DNA of 64,000 nucleotides from the NCBI GenBank assembly GCA_963693365.1, contig CAVNZM010000005.1, positions 8,660,334 through 8,724,333 of the forward strand, given 5' to 3'. This document shows, one piece after another, positions 31,683 through 42,981 of this stretch (the stretch's first letter is position 1; each line of letters opens with the position of its first letter). Made by a program: the position numbers and the translations under genes. A model generated the notes under the pieces. That model saw nothing but the letters and a program-made list of their open reading frames with translations, was not told the origin of the DNA and did not search any database. The DNA comes from Amoebidium appalachense. Lineage: Eukaryota > Protista > Ichthyosporea.

Positions 31683-34600
31683 CTAATCGTGCGTAATCAT
31701 GTGTGGCCTACGGGCCAAGGATTTTGCCTGGGCTGACAGATGAGCGGGCATTGAAATTGCCAGGAGCATGGCCTTGTTCGTGTCAATGTAGTGGTTGAAA
31801 GGCGTCGTGAAATTACGCCACCGACCATTGATACGAATTTGCTCATAGTCCTCCCCTCTGAGTGCTGCTGTGGAGGCTGCCCCGTGCCGTGTGCTGTACA
31901 ATGAGAAGTCGCTATCCAGGCCCACAGCCGTCAGACTCTGTTGCATACGAGTTGCTACCAGCGATGGTGTGTACCCAGGATGAAACAGAGGGTCGGATGG
32001 GCGGGAGCCATGGGGAAATGCACCCACTGCCATGAGCTTCTGCAGCAAATGCAAGCACACTGGATCACGGATCACCACCATCTGATGATTGCCCGTTTTG
32101 GACCGTGGAAGAAGCAACACTGCACTGCCCGCTGGAGCATTGATTTCAATCAACCGTGGATCATTCGGAGGAATGAAGTCTGCCACCGTGCGCCGCGAGA
32201 GCTCCCCCGGCCGGGTGTAGGTTGCGAATGACATACACAGATAGAGTGCTACGTGCGGCATCTTGTATTCCCACAGAGCCGACACTGCCAAAATCATGTA
32301 GTCGTAGGGGAGTGGTCTGTGGTGATTGGTCGGGTTAGCATGGTCCCACCCCCTTAGGACCCTGGCCGACAGGACCAAGGAGTCCTTGCACTGGGGATAG
32401 AAATGGTGGATGGCTGACAGCACCGTCTTGCAGTGGGCGAGCCCGCTGCGGGTCTCTCCCAACTCTTCGTACATGTCAGCTGCATAGCTCGCAAGCATGT
32501 TATCCACCTGCTCTACCGACTGGAAGGTGCTCACCCCATCTTCCACACACCACGCTACGAATTTGTTCAAGGCGTTGTCGTATTTCGCCACTGTGGGAGC
32601 CGTGACATTGAGATTGAGCATATGCGTGATTTTTGCAGAGGGGACGACGTCACGTGACGGCATGTCTGCTGGATTGTGGGCAGAAGGGACCCACACCCAC
32701 GCCGGTCGAAGTGCGGCTGCACACACAAGTGCTGCCACCCGCCGGCACAGATGGTTTAGCCGTCGTGAACTCGATCTACCCTTGGCCACCGCAAACAATA
32801 AAGATGTGTTGTCGATGAGATGAGCTACTCTGGTGCTGTGATTTTGTGGTGCTCGCGTGAAACGTCGTAGTGATAATAGCAGCGCGTGCCCCTCGAGGAT
32901 GGTGATGTGATCTTCGTGCCGCCACGGAGTAGATATCGGATGGTGCCACTGCAGACCGTCAACTACTTTCAGAAAAGAGTCGTCGGTCGTGGGGTGGTTC
33001 GTGCTGTCGTTACATTCATCGGCTGAAAGGGCGTTAATCACGAGCTCACCGGTGTCGTCCACAGGCCCCAAGAAGGAATAACCGGGTCTGGACACCGACT
33101 GTGCTAATGCCGTCAACGATTGCTCAGCCGTAACGGACGCAATAGAAACACCTGCTCCCTTGGTGGACGCATCTGATGCCAACAGAAGAGAGGCGGGAGC
33201 AGCCGTCAAATCACACACAATGAGAGGTGCCAAATCCACCAACAGGGCCAACTCCCCCTTGACTGCAGAGGGGATTGGGCATGCCGTTAGTGGACATTGG
33301 CCGGCTGACAACGCAAACTGATAACTCGCCTCTAACACAGAAAATAAAGCTCTATTCAAAAGCAACAACCACGCCCAGCCCCCAAGCAAACGAGATAACG
33401 CCCGTGGAGCCACCTCCCGCATGAACAGAACCGCCTTTGTGTCGGCTAGTAGCCGCGCCAACCGTGATGCATCCGGTCGAATAACACCGTCCCGTCCTAT
33501 AGCCAACCCAAGTGCTACGGTCTCCGGGTGGTCTCGTGACGCCGTGACCGTTTTGGACGGTTTTATTTCGAATCCGTGTGTCTCTCCAGCGCGCCCGGCT
33601 GCCGTCATCTCGGAATTTACAGTAGATTCCTCCAACCCAACCCCCACCCAATCATCCACGTAGATCAAATGTGCCGTATCCGATTGGTCGGTAATGGAAT
33701 GTGCCGGTGAAGAATTCGATTGGATGCATCGTTCGATACGTAAAGGCGGGTGCGTGATGTGCTGGTGAGAACGTTGGGCGACAAACGGTGCCCATTTCCA
33801 GCCCATCGGCATAGACAACACCCGCGGATACACCAACCTATCGACACCCGGCAGTCCCACTGCTGAAGACGAAACCGGCGGAAGCCCTTGGTACCAAGAC
33901 AGCCAGTCTGGCACCCGAAAACGGTGGTAGAAATTCGAAAAATCGTACTTGGCCACCACCACCGCTGCGTCCTTCGGAACAATGATACTACACAAATCTG
34001 CCGGACTGGGAAAATTCGGATTGGGCGGGTCTATCATGACTGCATTCATGGGGCGAGCATCCATGATAAGACGGTCTTCCTTCTCATCTTTCTCCACCGC
34101 AAATAAACCATTGATAATCTTTGGGGGCTCCGAAATTTCTGAAAAAGCAACCATACCACAAACATACATACGCTTAGCCAATATAGGCCACTCCGCAGGC
34201 GACGCAAATGCATGGACAGGACGCCCGGGCAAAGGGTGGGCTCCTTCAGCACCCTCAGTGGTGCTCTCAGTTGCCAACACGCCCCCAAGCCCGCAAACTC
34301 CGTGACCGTTCGGCTGTCCGACCGCGTCACCCGTGCGATTTGACGCCACCACCAACACGTTTGGCTTCTCCATCATCTCCTTGAGGTCAGGTGGAAGGAC
34401 CTCTAGGAGCGGACCTGTTGCCCCAAACCCCTCAGGAGGAAGGGCAATACGCTCAGCAACTATGGGGGTGAAAGCTTTTGAGTGATTGAAATATGGGAAA
34501 GATTCAGACACAGCCGCTAAGGGGACATTGCTGATCCTGCGGCGCATATCCGCGCAAAAAACGAAAATTCGCTGAATGGATTGTGTCTGTGCCGGTGAGG

Positions 34601-35213
34601 GTGCATGAGAAAAGTGCGTGGATTTAGGAAAAGGCGTGGGGAAAAAATGTGTGCTGGTAGGAGGGGAAAATGTTGAAAAGTGTGTGTGATTCTGGGAAGA
34701 GGTGTCGTGCATGTTGTGCCAAACATCGTTCCTAGGAGATTCTACCGAGCCAGGTGGCCCATTATACAACGTGTTGATTGCAGCTATGGTTCTATTAACC
34801 AACTTTAACACAGCAAATCTCTTGTTGAACCTCCCACGTCTTCTTGGAGAGGACAACCTAACACCATCAAGCAACAGCGGGACTACAAAAAGGGGAAGTG
34901 GAAGTAAATCATTAGACACATGGGGAAACAAGCCTGGCTCAGCCGCGCCCGTGACGCCCTCACCAGGGGTACTAACATGGGGGGCTACGGGCTCACCGGT
35001 GTACCACTTCCGAGGGAAAGAACCAAACTCAGCTGGTTCCGTGGCAGCTGTGTTCGGGAACGAAGGCTGTGGACCGTGGCCTCCCCCTGCCTCAGCTGGG
35101 CAGCTGCGGGAGGCGCAGGGGGGTACGAATCTGTGGAAGCTGGGCCTAGGCATCCTTGTTGCCATCGAACGGTCCATCCACACACACGCGCGCCACCGTG
35201 ACACCCCCCGCAC
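31683..35213 (-). CDS. Retrotransposon polyprotein: reverse transcriptase + RNase H + tyrosine recombinase in one frame
   Basis: RT: DRLIMDARPMN, YDFSNFYHRF, MPMGWKWAP, YVDD. RNase H: ASDASTKGAG, HITILE, IDNTS, WVPSAHNPADMPSR. YR: TYTRPGEL, PRSKT, LYSTRHGAAS, GRW, HYID. The track starts at GTG 35213; first ATG is at 35177. Confidence 0.93.
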   Translation of the reverse strand: MRGVSRWRACVWMDRSMATRMPRPSFHRFVPPCASRSCPAEAGGGHGPQPSFPNTAATEPAEFGSFPRKWYTGEPVAPHVSTPGEGVTGAAEPGLFPHVSNDLLPLPLFVVPLLLDGVRLSSPRRRGRFNKRFAVLKLVNRTIAAINTLYNGPPGSVESPRNDVWHNMHDTSSQNHTHFSTFSPPTSTHFFPTPFPKSTHFSHAPSPAQTQSIQRIFVFCADMRRRISNVPLAAVSESFPYFNHSKAFTPIVAERIALPPEGFGATGPLLEVLPPDLKEMMEKPNVLVVASNRTGDAVGQPNGHGVCGLGGVLATESTTEGAEGAHPLPGRPVHAFASPAEWPILAKRMYVCGMVAFSEISEPPKIINGLFAVEKDEKEDRLIMDARPMNAVMIDPPNPNFPSPADLCSIIVPKDAAVVVAKYDFSNFYHRFRVPDWLSWYQGLPPVSSSAVGLPGVDRLVYPRVLSMPMGWKWAPFVAQRSHQHITHPPLRIERCIQSNSSPAHSITDQSDTAHLIYVDDWVGVGLEESTVNSEMTAAGRAGETHGFEIKPSKTVTASRDHPETVALGLAIGRDGVIRPDASRLARLLADTKAVLFMREVAPRALSRLLGGWAWLLLLNRALFSVLEASYQFALSAGQCPLTACPIPSAVKGELALLVDLAPLIVCDLTAAPASLLLASDASTKGAGVSIASVTAEQSLTALAQSVSRPGYSFLGPVDDTGELVINALSADECNDSTNHPTTDDSFLKVVDGLQWHHPISTPWRHEDHITILEGHALLLSLRRFTRAPQNHSTRVAHLIDNTSLLFAVAKGRSSSRRLNHLCRRVAALVCAAALRPAWVWVPSAHNPADMPSRDVVPSAKITHMLNLNVTAPTVAKYDNALNKFVAWCVEDGVSTFQSVEQVDNMLASYAADMYEELGETRSGLAHCKTVLSAIHHFYPQCKDSLVLSARVLRGWDHANPTNHHRPLPYDYMILAVSALWEYKMPHVALYLCMSFATYTRPGELSRRTVADFIPPNDPRLIEINAPAGSAVLLLPRSKTGNHQMVVIRDPVCLHLLQKLMAVGAFPHGSRPSDPLFHPGYTPSLVATRMQQSLTAVGLDSDFSLYSTRHGAASTAALRGEDYEQIRINGRWRNFTTPFNHYIDTNKAMLLAISMPAHLSAQAKSLARRPHMITHD

Positions 35214-35744
35214 CTCCCCACAGGGGGAGGCCGTGTGTTTACACCGAGCTCGACTACCTAGTAGAGACCGTGCATTGACTCACAATGTCGTATATAAGAG
35301 AGTTCTGCTCGGGAAGAAGAGAGGCTCACTTGCCCATGTCAAGGAAAGCAGAGCACGTATTTGTAATGCTTGGAGTTCAGAAAGTTCACTGTGACTGTAT
35401 AGGCAGAGAGACAGACAAAATTTACGTAGTTTTTCACTCTACAAGACTCCTCAGCGCTAGCGAGCTAAACAACATACTGAAGGGAAAAGACAAATGTAAA
35501 AGTCGTATTAATATCTAGAGCGAAAAAAGGAACCTTGAAAATGAGGAGAACGAGCTGGTTAACGTTGAGTTGCCAGAATTCGTGTGACAATTGCAGAAGT
35601 CAACAGAAAAAAGGACAGCTAGCTAAGGCAACTAGTTTGTGCGCTTTTACAGTAGCACCACCAAACTTAGTTCAACCAACTAACTCTACAAATCCCTTTT
35701 ACCTCTGATGCCAGACACTCACACAAACGCTAAAACGAAAACCA

Positions 35745-36208
35745 AAGAGAAAGCAAGAGCAAACCGTAAGGCACCAACTAATCAGACTGAGGTCTCAGCT
35801 TCTGCCCCTTTACACAAGGTGCCACCAAACCAAGAAAACACCCAAACAGCCTAATTATTACCTTATCACGTTGCTCCCTCCCCTTTTTTCTTTTCACCTA
35901 CACACTAGCTCTAAAAACAAGAACTGAACGAACGACGCCCACAGCCAGCTCTACAAAGCTGGTGCGCGGCTCACTCACATTTTTAGAACAGTGGAAAAGC
36001 CACCAATCATATCACCTATCTACTGATAACTACGGATCACTTCATAACTATACCTGATCTATATCCAATCACTAAAGATACATACGACTGAGCTTAACAT
36101 TCTACCCGTTAGGGCCAATCAGCTTGCACCGCTATGTAGCCGTTACCGCCGACTGACCGAACACGTGTCATCTCTCACCGCTGCCTCCTCCCGCTCGAGA
36201 ACAACATG
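35745..36208 (-). repeat. Split direct repeat A1
   Basis: Matches 30837-31300. Confidence 0.95.
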
Positions 36209-36224
36209 GAGACCGAAACCTGCA

Positions 36225-36266
36225 CCAATCAACGTCGACTCAATTGAAGTAAGCCAGGTATATAAA
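36225..36266 (+). promoter_or_regulatory. CCAAT box and TATA box of aldolase gene
   Basis: CCAAT 36225-36229, TATATAAA 36259-36266, ATG at 36363. Confidence 0.6.
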
Positions 36267-36362
36267 CCTATCCCCATCAGATTTCTCCCCACAAACTTTT
36301 CAATCCAACAAAAACAACACTGAGTCGCTTGTTCAGGGTAGCTACGCAAACAAAACACAAAC

Positions 36363-37442
36363 ATGTCTGGCGTTCTGTCCTTTGTCAAGCCTGGCGTGCT
36401 TACCGGCGAGGACGTAACCAAGGTGTACCAGTACGCCAAGGAGCACCACTTTGCCATCCCGGCCGTCAACTGCACCTCCTCCTCCACCATCAACGCCGCC
36501 CTCGAGGCCGCCCGCAGCAACAACTCGCCCATCATCATCCAGTTCTCCAACGGCGGGGCCGCCTACATGGCCGGCAAGGGCATCGACAACAAGAACCAGC
36601 AGGCCTCCATCCTGGGCGCCATTGCCGGTGCGCACCACGTGCACGCCATGGCCGAGCACTACGGGGTGCCCGTGATCCTGCACACGGACCACTGCGCTAA
36701 GAAACTGCTGCCGTGGGTTGAGGGGGTCATTGCCGCGGGAGAGGAGCACTTCAAGAAGACCGGCAAGCCCCTATTCTCCTCGCACATGCTCGACATGAGC
36801 GAGGAGCCGCACGCGGAAAATGTGGCCAAGGCCAAGGAGCTGCTTGAGCGCATCAGCAAGATGGACATGACGCTGGAGATGGAGATTGGCATCACGGGCG
36901 GCGAGGAGGACGGCGTGGACAACAGCGACGTCGACAAGAGCAAACTCTACACACAGCGCGAGGACATCGACCTCGTCTACTCCACCCTCATGCCCGTCTC
37001 CCCGCGCTTCTGCATCGCCGCGGCGTTTGGTAACGTGCACGGAGTGTACAAGCCGGGCAACGTGCAGCTCAAGCCGTCCATCCTTGGCGACTGCCAAAAA
37101 TACATCAAAGAGAAGTACAGCACAAAGGAGGACAACCCATGTTTCTTTGTCTTCCACGGTGGCAGCGGTTCGGCCAAGCACGAGATTGAGGAGGCGCTCA
37201 GGCACGGTGTTGTCAAGTTCAACATCGACACGGACACGCAGTGGGGCTACTGGTCCGGGCTGCTTGAGTTCTACAAGAAGAACGAGGCCTATCTGCAGGG
37301 CCAGATTGGCAACCCCAAGGGCGAGGATGCACCAAACAAGAAGTACTACGACCCAAGGGTGTGGGTGCGCGCAGCTGAGACGGGCATGATTGCTCGCCTG
37401 AACGAGGCATTCAAGGACCTCAACTGCGTCAACCGCAACTAA
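36363..37442 (+). CDS. FBA1: Fructose-1,6-bisphosphate aldolase class II, type A (FbaA/Fba1 family), intronless, 359 aa
   Basis: [67 protein letters not shown]. Confidence 0.98.
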   Translation: MSGVLSFVKPGVLTGEDVTKVYQYAKEHHFAIPAVNCTSSSTINAALEAARSNNSPIIIQFSNGGAAYMAGKGIDNKNQQASILGAIAGAHHVHAMAEHYGVPVILHTDHCAKKLLPWVEGVIAAGEEHFKKTGKPLFSSHMLDMSEEPHAENVAKAKELLERISKMDMTLEMEIGITGGEEDGVDNSDVDKSKLYTQREDIDLVYSTLMPVSPRFCIAAAFGNVHGVYKPGNVQLKPSILGDCQKYIKEKYSTKEDNPCFFVFHGGSGSAKHEIEEALRHGVVKFNIDTDTQWGYWSGLLEFYKKNEAYLQGQIGNPKGEDAPNKKYYDPRVWVRAAETGMIARLNEAFKDLNCVNRN

Positions 37443-37814
37443 AAAGTAGTGACTTCGTTTTTTTTTTGTTTTTTTTTGGCACTTTTACAGCATTTTTATC
37501 GTCGTCTATGATGGCGCTGCAACTGGTAGAGGTGAAAAAGAAGGGGATGAGACCTGGGAGCTGGCCTTCCAGGCACTCCAGATAAGTTAATTTTAAAGAG
37601 CCTTTTTTTGAAGAAATAAAAATTTTTATTTGGAATTTTAAAATATTGAAGAAAGGGGTTTTCGAAGCTAGCCTAGGCTCAAATACTGCCCCTCCCAGCT
37701 TCCAGTCCTCTGGCTTTTTCTCCCCCCCCCCCCCCCCCCCCCTCCTGTGTCTTCTTTCTCTGTTGCACGTAGCAGCCTCAAAGGGTAATAGATTTATCTT
37801 GAAGTCTCCTTCCC

Positions 37815-37845
<31 letters not shown>

Positions 37846-37920
37846 AAAAATAAGAGAACATGAACACACACACACACTCACGCACACACACACACGCACA
37901 CACTGACACACTGACACACA

Positions 37921-37969
<49 letters not shown>

Positions 37970-37971
<2 letters not shown>

Positions 37972-38449
37972 TAAACAGTTGGACTAGTTAGGATAAGGCA
38001 GAGTACAACTGAATCAAAATAAAGACAGAGAACGGGTAGAAAGGCACACGCGGCCAGGTTGCTTTTACTATGGGCCGACTCAGTCTGTCTCAGACTTCAC
38101 TGATGTGATCCCCGTACTGGGACGGCTTTCTTATATAGCCCCCAGGTTTCGGATCAAGGCCCAGGATTGGTTCATCCGCGGCCAGCGCGGGTGGCAACAT
38201 GCCATTCGTGATTCTGGTGCGGTCCGAGCCAGTCAGACCTTTGTCCTATTTATGCAAACCTCTTATTGGTTCACTTCGTTTATGTGGTATGCAGCGGAAG
38301 AACCATATATGGTTCAATTCTTAGGTCAGAGTGAGTCCTATTGGTGCGGACATAATATTTATGTGATATTCATGACAAAGCACGAATCGTGTGCTAGTAG
38401 ATCACATTCTTTAGTAAACATGTACAGTTCATGTGTACAGTTGTTTACA
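37970..38449 (-). repeat. 3' LTR
   Basis: Direct repeat of 41033-41512, preceded on the minus strand by the PPT; carries minus-strand CCAAT boxes and TATATAAG. Confidence 0.95.
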
Positions 38450-40934
38450 CTCCCCCCCTTGTTGGGAGCCTGGTGGTGTCGTTAGACAAGCAAACCACCA
38501 GGCTGAGAGGCGATAAACAACCTTCAGCGAGAATTCTCGTGCGCCGACCTGCTGGGCAGAACAGAGCAAGGACGGTTGAATAGAGTTGTGCACGTCTATG
38601 AGCACTTCTTCATTTGCCAAAACGTAAATTCATGCAGCATTCTTCTGTGATTTCATTTTCGTGGCGAAGATTATTGCAGAGTGTGTGCGAATTGTTCGCT
38701 TCGTCTCTGTGCTTGGCTTTTCTGTAGAAGTAGTATTTTTCTTTTTGGGAATTTTTCCTTTTTAGGATACTCCCGCAGATTCGTTTTCAATTGCGAGTAA
38801 TTTGGTTGTGTGGATGAATGATCATACCAAACATTCGATAATGAATATAACTCAAGCCTTAGGTCACTTCGTAGCTCAGGTAGTGGTGGATAGCTTCAAG
38901 GCTTAGCCGCTGCTCCTTATCCCGGTTCTACCTTAAGACTGTAAGGCGAGTCACCATGGCCGGAAAAGCCACTTCTTTCATGAACAAAGAGCACTTCTTT
39001 CCTTTCAGCTTTAACCCTGCATCATCGGAGCTGGGAAAAACAGAATAAAAATGCCCAAGTGTTCTTCGTTGGGCGACATAAAGAAATATATCACCCGTCA
39101 GAACCAGTAAAAGCCCGGTTCATAATTCATAAGAAGAGGGTAGGCAAAGCAAGCCTCCTTCAGAAAACACATGCTTCCATTCGTGAGCAGTTTTCGTATC
39201 CCATTTGCCAGCCATTTTCGTTGAGCAGGGGGATTCCAGGCATAATACATTCTTCTGGAGGCTTGGCCTAAAAAGAAAAGTCGTCGCAGTCGCCCTTTCT
39301 TTTGTAAGCAACTTCGTGAGCGCGCTTCGTGTTTTCATATCCTCCAGTGCAGGTCTGGATGGTGCCCCATCCTCTGCTTCATTTGTAGGTGGCCCTACTG
39401 TAGGTTCTGTTCGTTGTGTGGAATACCAAAACCATTCGTATTCGTGGAACTGCTTTGTGCTGTGCTTTCTTTCGTGTTGGTGTTCATGAAGTTACCCCGT
39501 TCACACACCCTACTTCTTACATACATTAGATGTAAGTAGCTGCCTGGTGAGTGTGTGGTTCGTGTTCGTGGCATTCTTCTGTTCCTTCGTGAGAAGAATA
39601 TTCGTTTTAGCAGAGGTGCCCAATAAGGCAGCTTGTGGGGTTGTCTCCCGCATGTGCCCATTGGTGGGGTATGCACGTGCTAAATTGTTACAGTGTCATC
39701 ATATTGCAAGGGAATAACATGGTCACCTCCGTACCAGGGCCTAGTAGGTACACATGATGGTCCGATGTGTTAGTCAACAACACCTTGCATTCGTATTCGT
39801 ATTTGTCTTCCACGTCACTTTCTTCAGTAGTGAAGGAGGGTATTCGTAATTCGAAACTGAAAGGCTTCCAGCCAAAATACTGACACTGTATGATGGGGTT
39901 GTGAGGGAGCGGTGCCCATACCACATTCTTTTGTTCTGGTGGGGGTGTGCCGGCAGCTAGTGCAAGGCTTGACAGTGTAATTGGTATGTTACACCGTATT
40001 GCCACAGACGGGCATTCACCTTAAAATTCGTACCCAACACCTTCTTTGTTTTTCACATGCATGAACAAAAGTTCTGCATCGACTTTATTACATGCCTTTT
40101 GTGCACCAAGAGTGCAAATTCGTTAGGGCGTGGCACCAGGAAGGGCCGCCATACATGAGTCAGGCATATGTTCGTAATGTGTTTAGGCATGCCAGCATAC
40201 ATTCATGCGCATGTTGTGCATCCTGGGCGCTAAACTATGGGGCATGCTGTATTCGAGAACAGCAAGGGATTCGAAGCATGCATGCAACACTACTTTCATA
40301 AGATCTTAGGTCCTACATGCTATAGCAACAGCGACTATCTTCTTCGTTAAGTGCATTTGTGCTGAAAGTGGCCGTGCATCTGGCTTGCGAGTGTGGACGT
40401 GCATGCGGTGGCATGGACACGATGGCAGTGTGCAATAGGGCAATGCACGCAAGGGCAACGGTTTTATTTTCTTCCTAACATAGAGGGGGCTGTGTGCATT
40501 GCAACCCAAGCAGTGTTGTGCATTCGTCCTTTCATTTTCGTATTTCCAGTTCATTTTGCTTTCGTTTTTCGTTTTTTGTCGTTTGATAACTTCGTTACTT
40601 CGTTTTGTTTTCGTGTTGCATTCATTTCGTATTCCCTCTATGCAATCGTTTGTCGTTAATTCTTTATTTCATTGCGTATTCGTGATGGTTCGTTTTTCGT
40701 TGGTTCATTGCTTCGTTAGCAATTCTTTATTCGTTTGTTCGTGTATTCGTTGTTTCGTTGTGTATTCGTTTTTCTTCACATTTTTGATGTGTCGTAGCAA
40801 AAGAAGTTTTACATGCTTTCAATTCTTTCCGTGTAGGTGGGCTGGCCACTTCAAACTTGTAGGTGTATATATTCTAAGCCGGACAAGGAAAGATGTGCCT
40901 ATCATCGGGGTAAAAAGGATTGTGATCGGCCATG

Positions 40935-41020
40935 GGAGATTCTTGAGCTGATTGAAAGATGTGAGATTCTTGAACTGATTGAAAGATGTGAGATTCGAAG
41001 GATGCGAGATTCTTGAACTG
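40935..41020. repeat. 27-bp tandem repeats just downstream of the PBS
   Basis: gagattcttga(g/a)ctgattgaaagatgt twice plus partial copies. Confidence 0.8.
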
Positions 41021-41032
41021 CGCGGTCGCCAA

Positions 41033-41512
41033 TGTAGACAGTTGGACTAGTTAGGATAAGGCAGAGTACAACTGAATCAAAATAAAGACAGAGAACGGGT
41101 AGAAAGGCACACGCGGCCAGGTTGCTTTTACTATGGGCCGACTCAGTCTGTCTCAGACTTCACTGATGTGATCCCCGTACTGGGACGGCTTTCTTATATA
41201 GCCCCCAGGTTTCGGATCAAGGCCCAGGATTGGTTCATCCGCGGCCAGCGCGGGTGGCAACATGCCATTCGTGATTCTGGTGCGGTCCGAGCCAGTCAGA
41301 CCTTTGTCCTATTTATGCAAACCTCTTATTGGTTCACTTCGTTTATGTGGTATGCAGCGGAAGAACCATGTATGGTTCAATTCTTAGGTCAGAGTGAGTC
41401 CTATTGGTGCGGACATAATATTTATGTGATATTCATGACAAAGCACGAATCGTGTGCTAGTAGATCACATTCTTTAGTAAACATGTACAGTTCATGTGTA
41501 CAGTTGTTTACA
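41033..41512 (-). repeat. 5' LTR
   Basis: Direct repeat of 37970-38449, followed on the minus strand by the PBS. Confidence 0.95.
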
Positions 41513-41587
41513 CACACACACACACACACGTGTGCGCGCACACACACAAACACACACACATGTGCGCGCGCGCACACACACATACAC

Positions 41588-41672
<85 letters not shown>

Positions 41673-41760
41673 CACACACACACACGCCACACGCGCCCTC
41701 AGGCGCACCCACACGCACACTCAGATACACACACACACACACAAACACACACACACGCAC

Positions 41761-41911
<151 letters not shown>

Positions 41912-42217
41912 GTGACACACACACGAAAACACACACACACACACACAAACCGTATCAAATGATTTTCTTTCAATCAGGTCTTCCAAATGCTTATATATGG
42001 TTCATGCAAACTACACAACAACTCTACAATTTCAAACAGTAACTGCAGGCCTGTGTGCGAAATAGGTGGTAACTGCACCAACGGTTTGCATATCCGGCAA
42101 AACTTCTACACCTTGCAATTGTCCCATCCCATCAATGTTCATGTCTTCCCAAATTTGAGTTCCTATTCGCCCCCTCCTTTCCAGTTCGAACATCCCCCGG
42201 GACCCCCCCCCCCCCCC

Positions 42218-42253
<36 letters not shown>

Positions 42254-42643
42254 CCCCCCCCCCCCCCCCTCTCCTCCCCCTGCCACTCCCCCACTCTCCT
42301 CTATATTTTACCCGATCTTTAATCTGAAAGAACTTGGAAAAAACACAATGCATGTCACTCGTAGTAAAGTGTTTCCCTGTCTGCATAACGGGCACAATCT
42401 TCAGTATTGGTGTAGCAAAATTCTATTGCGGACAAACCCAGAAACGGTTTTGGGCAAGAGGTCACCAGAACGGTAGAAAAAAGAAAGACCTTGAGTTAGA
42501 GCTATCTACCCGTATGGATTTTTCGTTCAACGAATCACCTCCTCCCCTTCCTCCCACTCCGAAACATGTACACGACTACATAAAAAGTGTGTGTGCACTT
42601 GTATGTGGTGGTGACCGTGTTGGTAGTTGAGAGGGAGCCTCCA

Positions 42644-42681
<38 letters not shown>

Positions 42682-42943
42682 GGGGGGGGGGGGGGGGGGT
42701 CAAACTCGAAAGTGGATAAGATGTGTATCTTTCATGATTTAGCAGGTTATTGTATCCTCTCCAACCCCCCCCCCCCCCCCCTCCCCCCTCCCCATTGCCC
42801 CCTTCCCCTCAACACACACAAACACACACAACCAACACGATCACCACCACCACTACCAGCACCACCACACAGACACAAGCACACACTCACACACACACAC
42901 ACCAAGAAAAAAAAGAAAAAAAAAGGGTGTGTGTTTGTGTGTG

Positions 42944-42981
<38 letters not shown>

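Larger units (their letters stand above)
30519..36208 (-). mobile_element. Full-length tyrosine-recombinase retrotransposon with split direct repeats (DIRS order, Ngaro/PAT architecture A1-ORF-B1-A2-B2)
   Basis: A repeats 35745-36208 and 30837-31300 (464 bp, no differences seen); B repeats 31298-31601 and 30519-30821 (3 differences seen); RT-RNase H-YR ORF between A1 and B1; shared ATG at both ends and at the internal A/B junction. Confidence 0.95.
37970..41512 (-). mobile_element. Non-autonomous LTR retrotransposon (LARD/TRIM-like)
   Basis: 480-bp LTRs 37970-38449 and 41033-41512 (2 differences seen), termini TGTAAACA...TGTTTACA. Minus-strand PBS TGGCGACCGCG (41031-41021), [14 protein letters not shown] (38460-38450), 5-bp CACAC on both flanks. 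No internal ORF with gag/pol motifs. Confidence 0.93.

Noticed and set aside
34702-35394. 230-aa antisense ORF over the retrotransposon 5' region as a possible gag
   Set aside because: Wrong strand and no gag-like features; unsupported without conservation data.
38105-38485. 126-aa ORF repeated at 41168
   Set aside because: Lies within the LTRs, antisense to the element; repetition reflects LTR identity.
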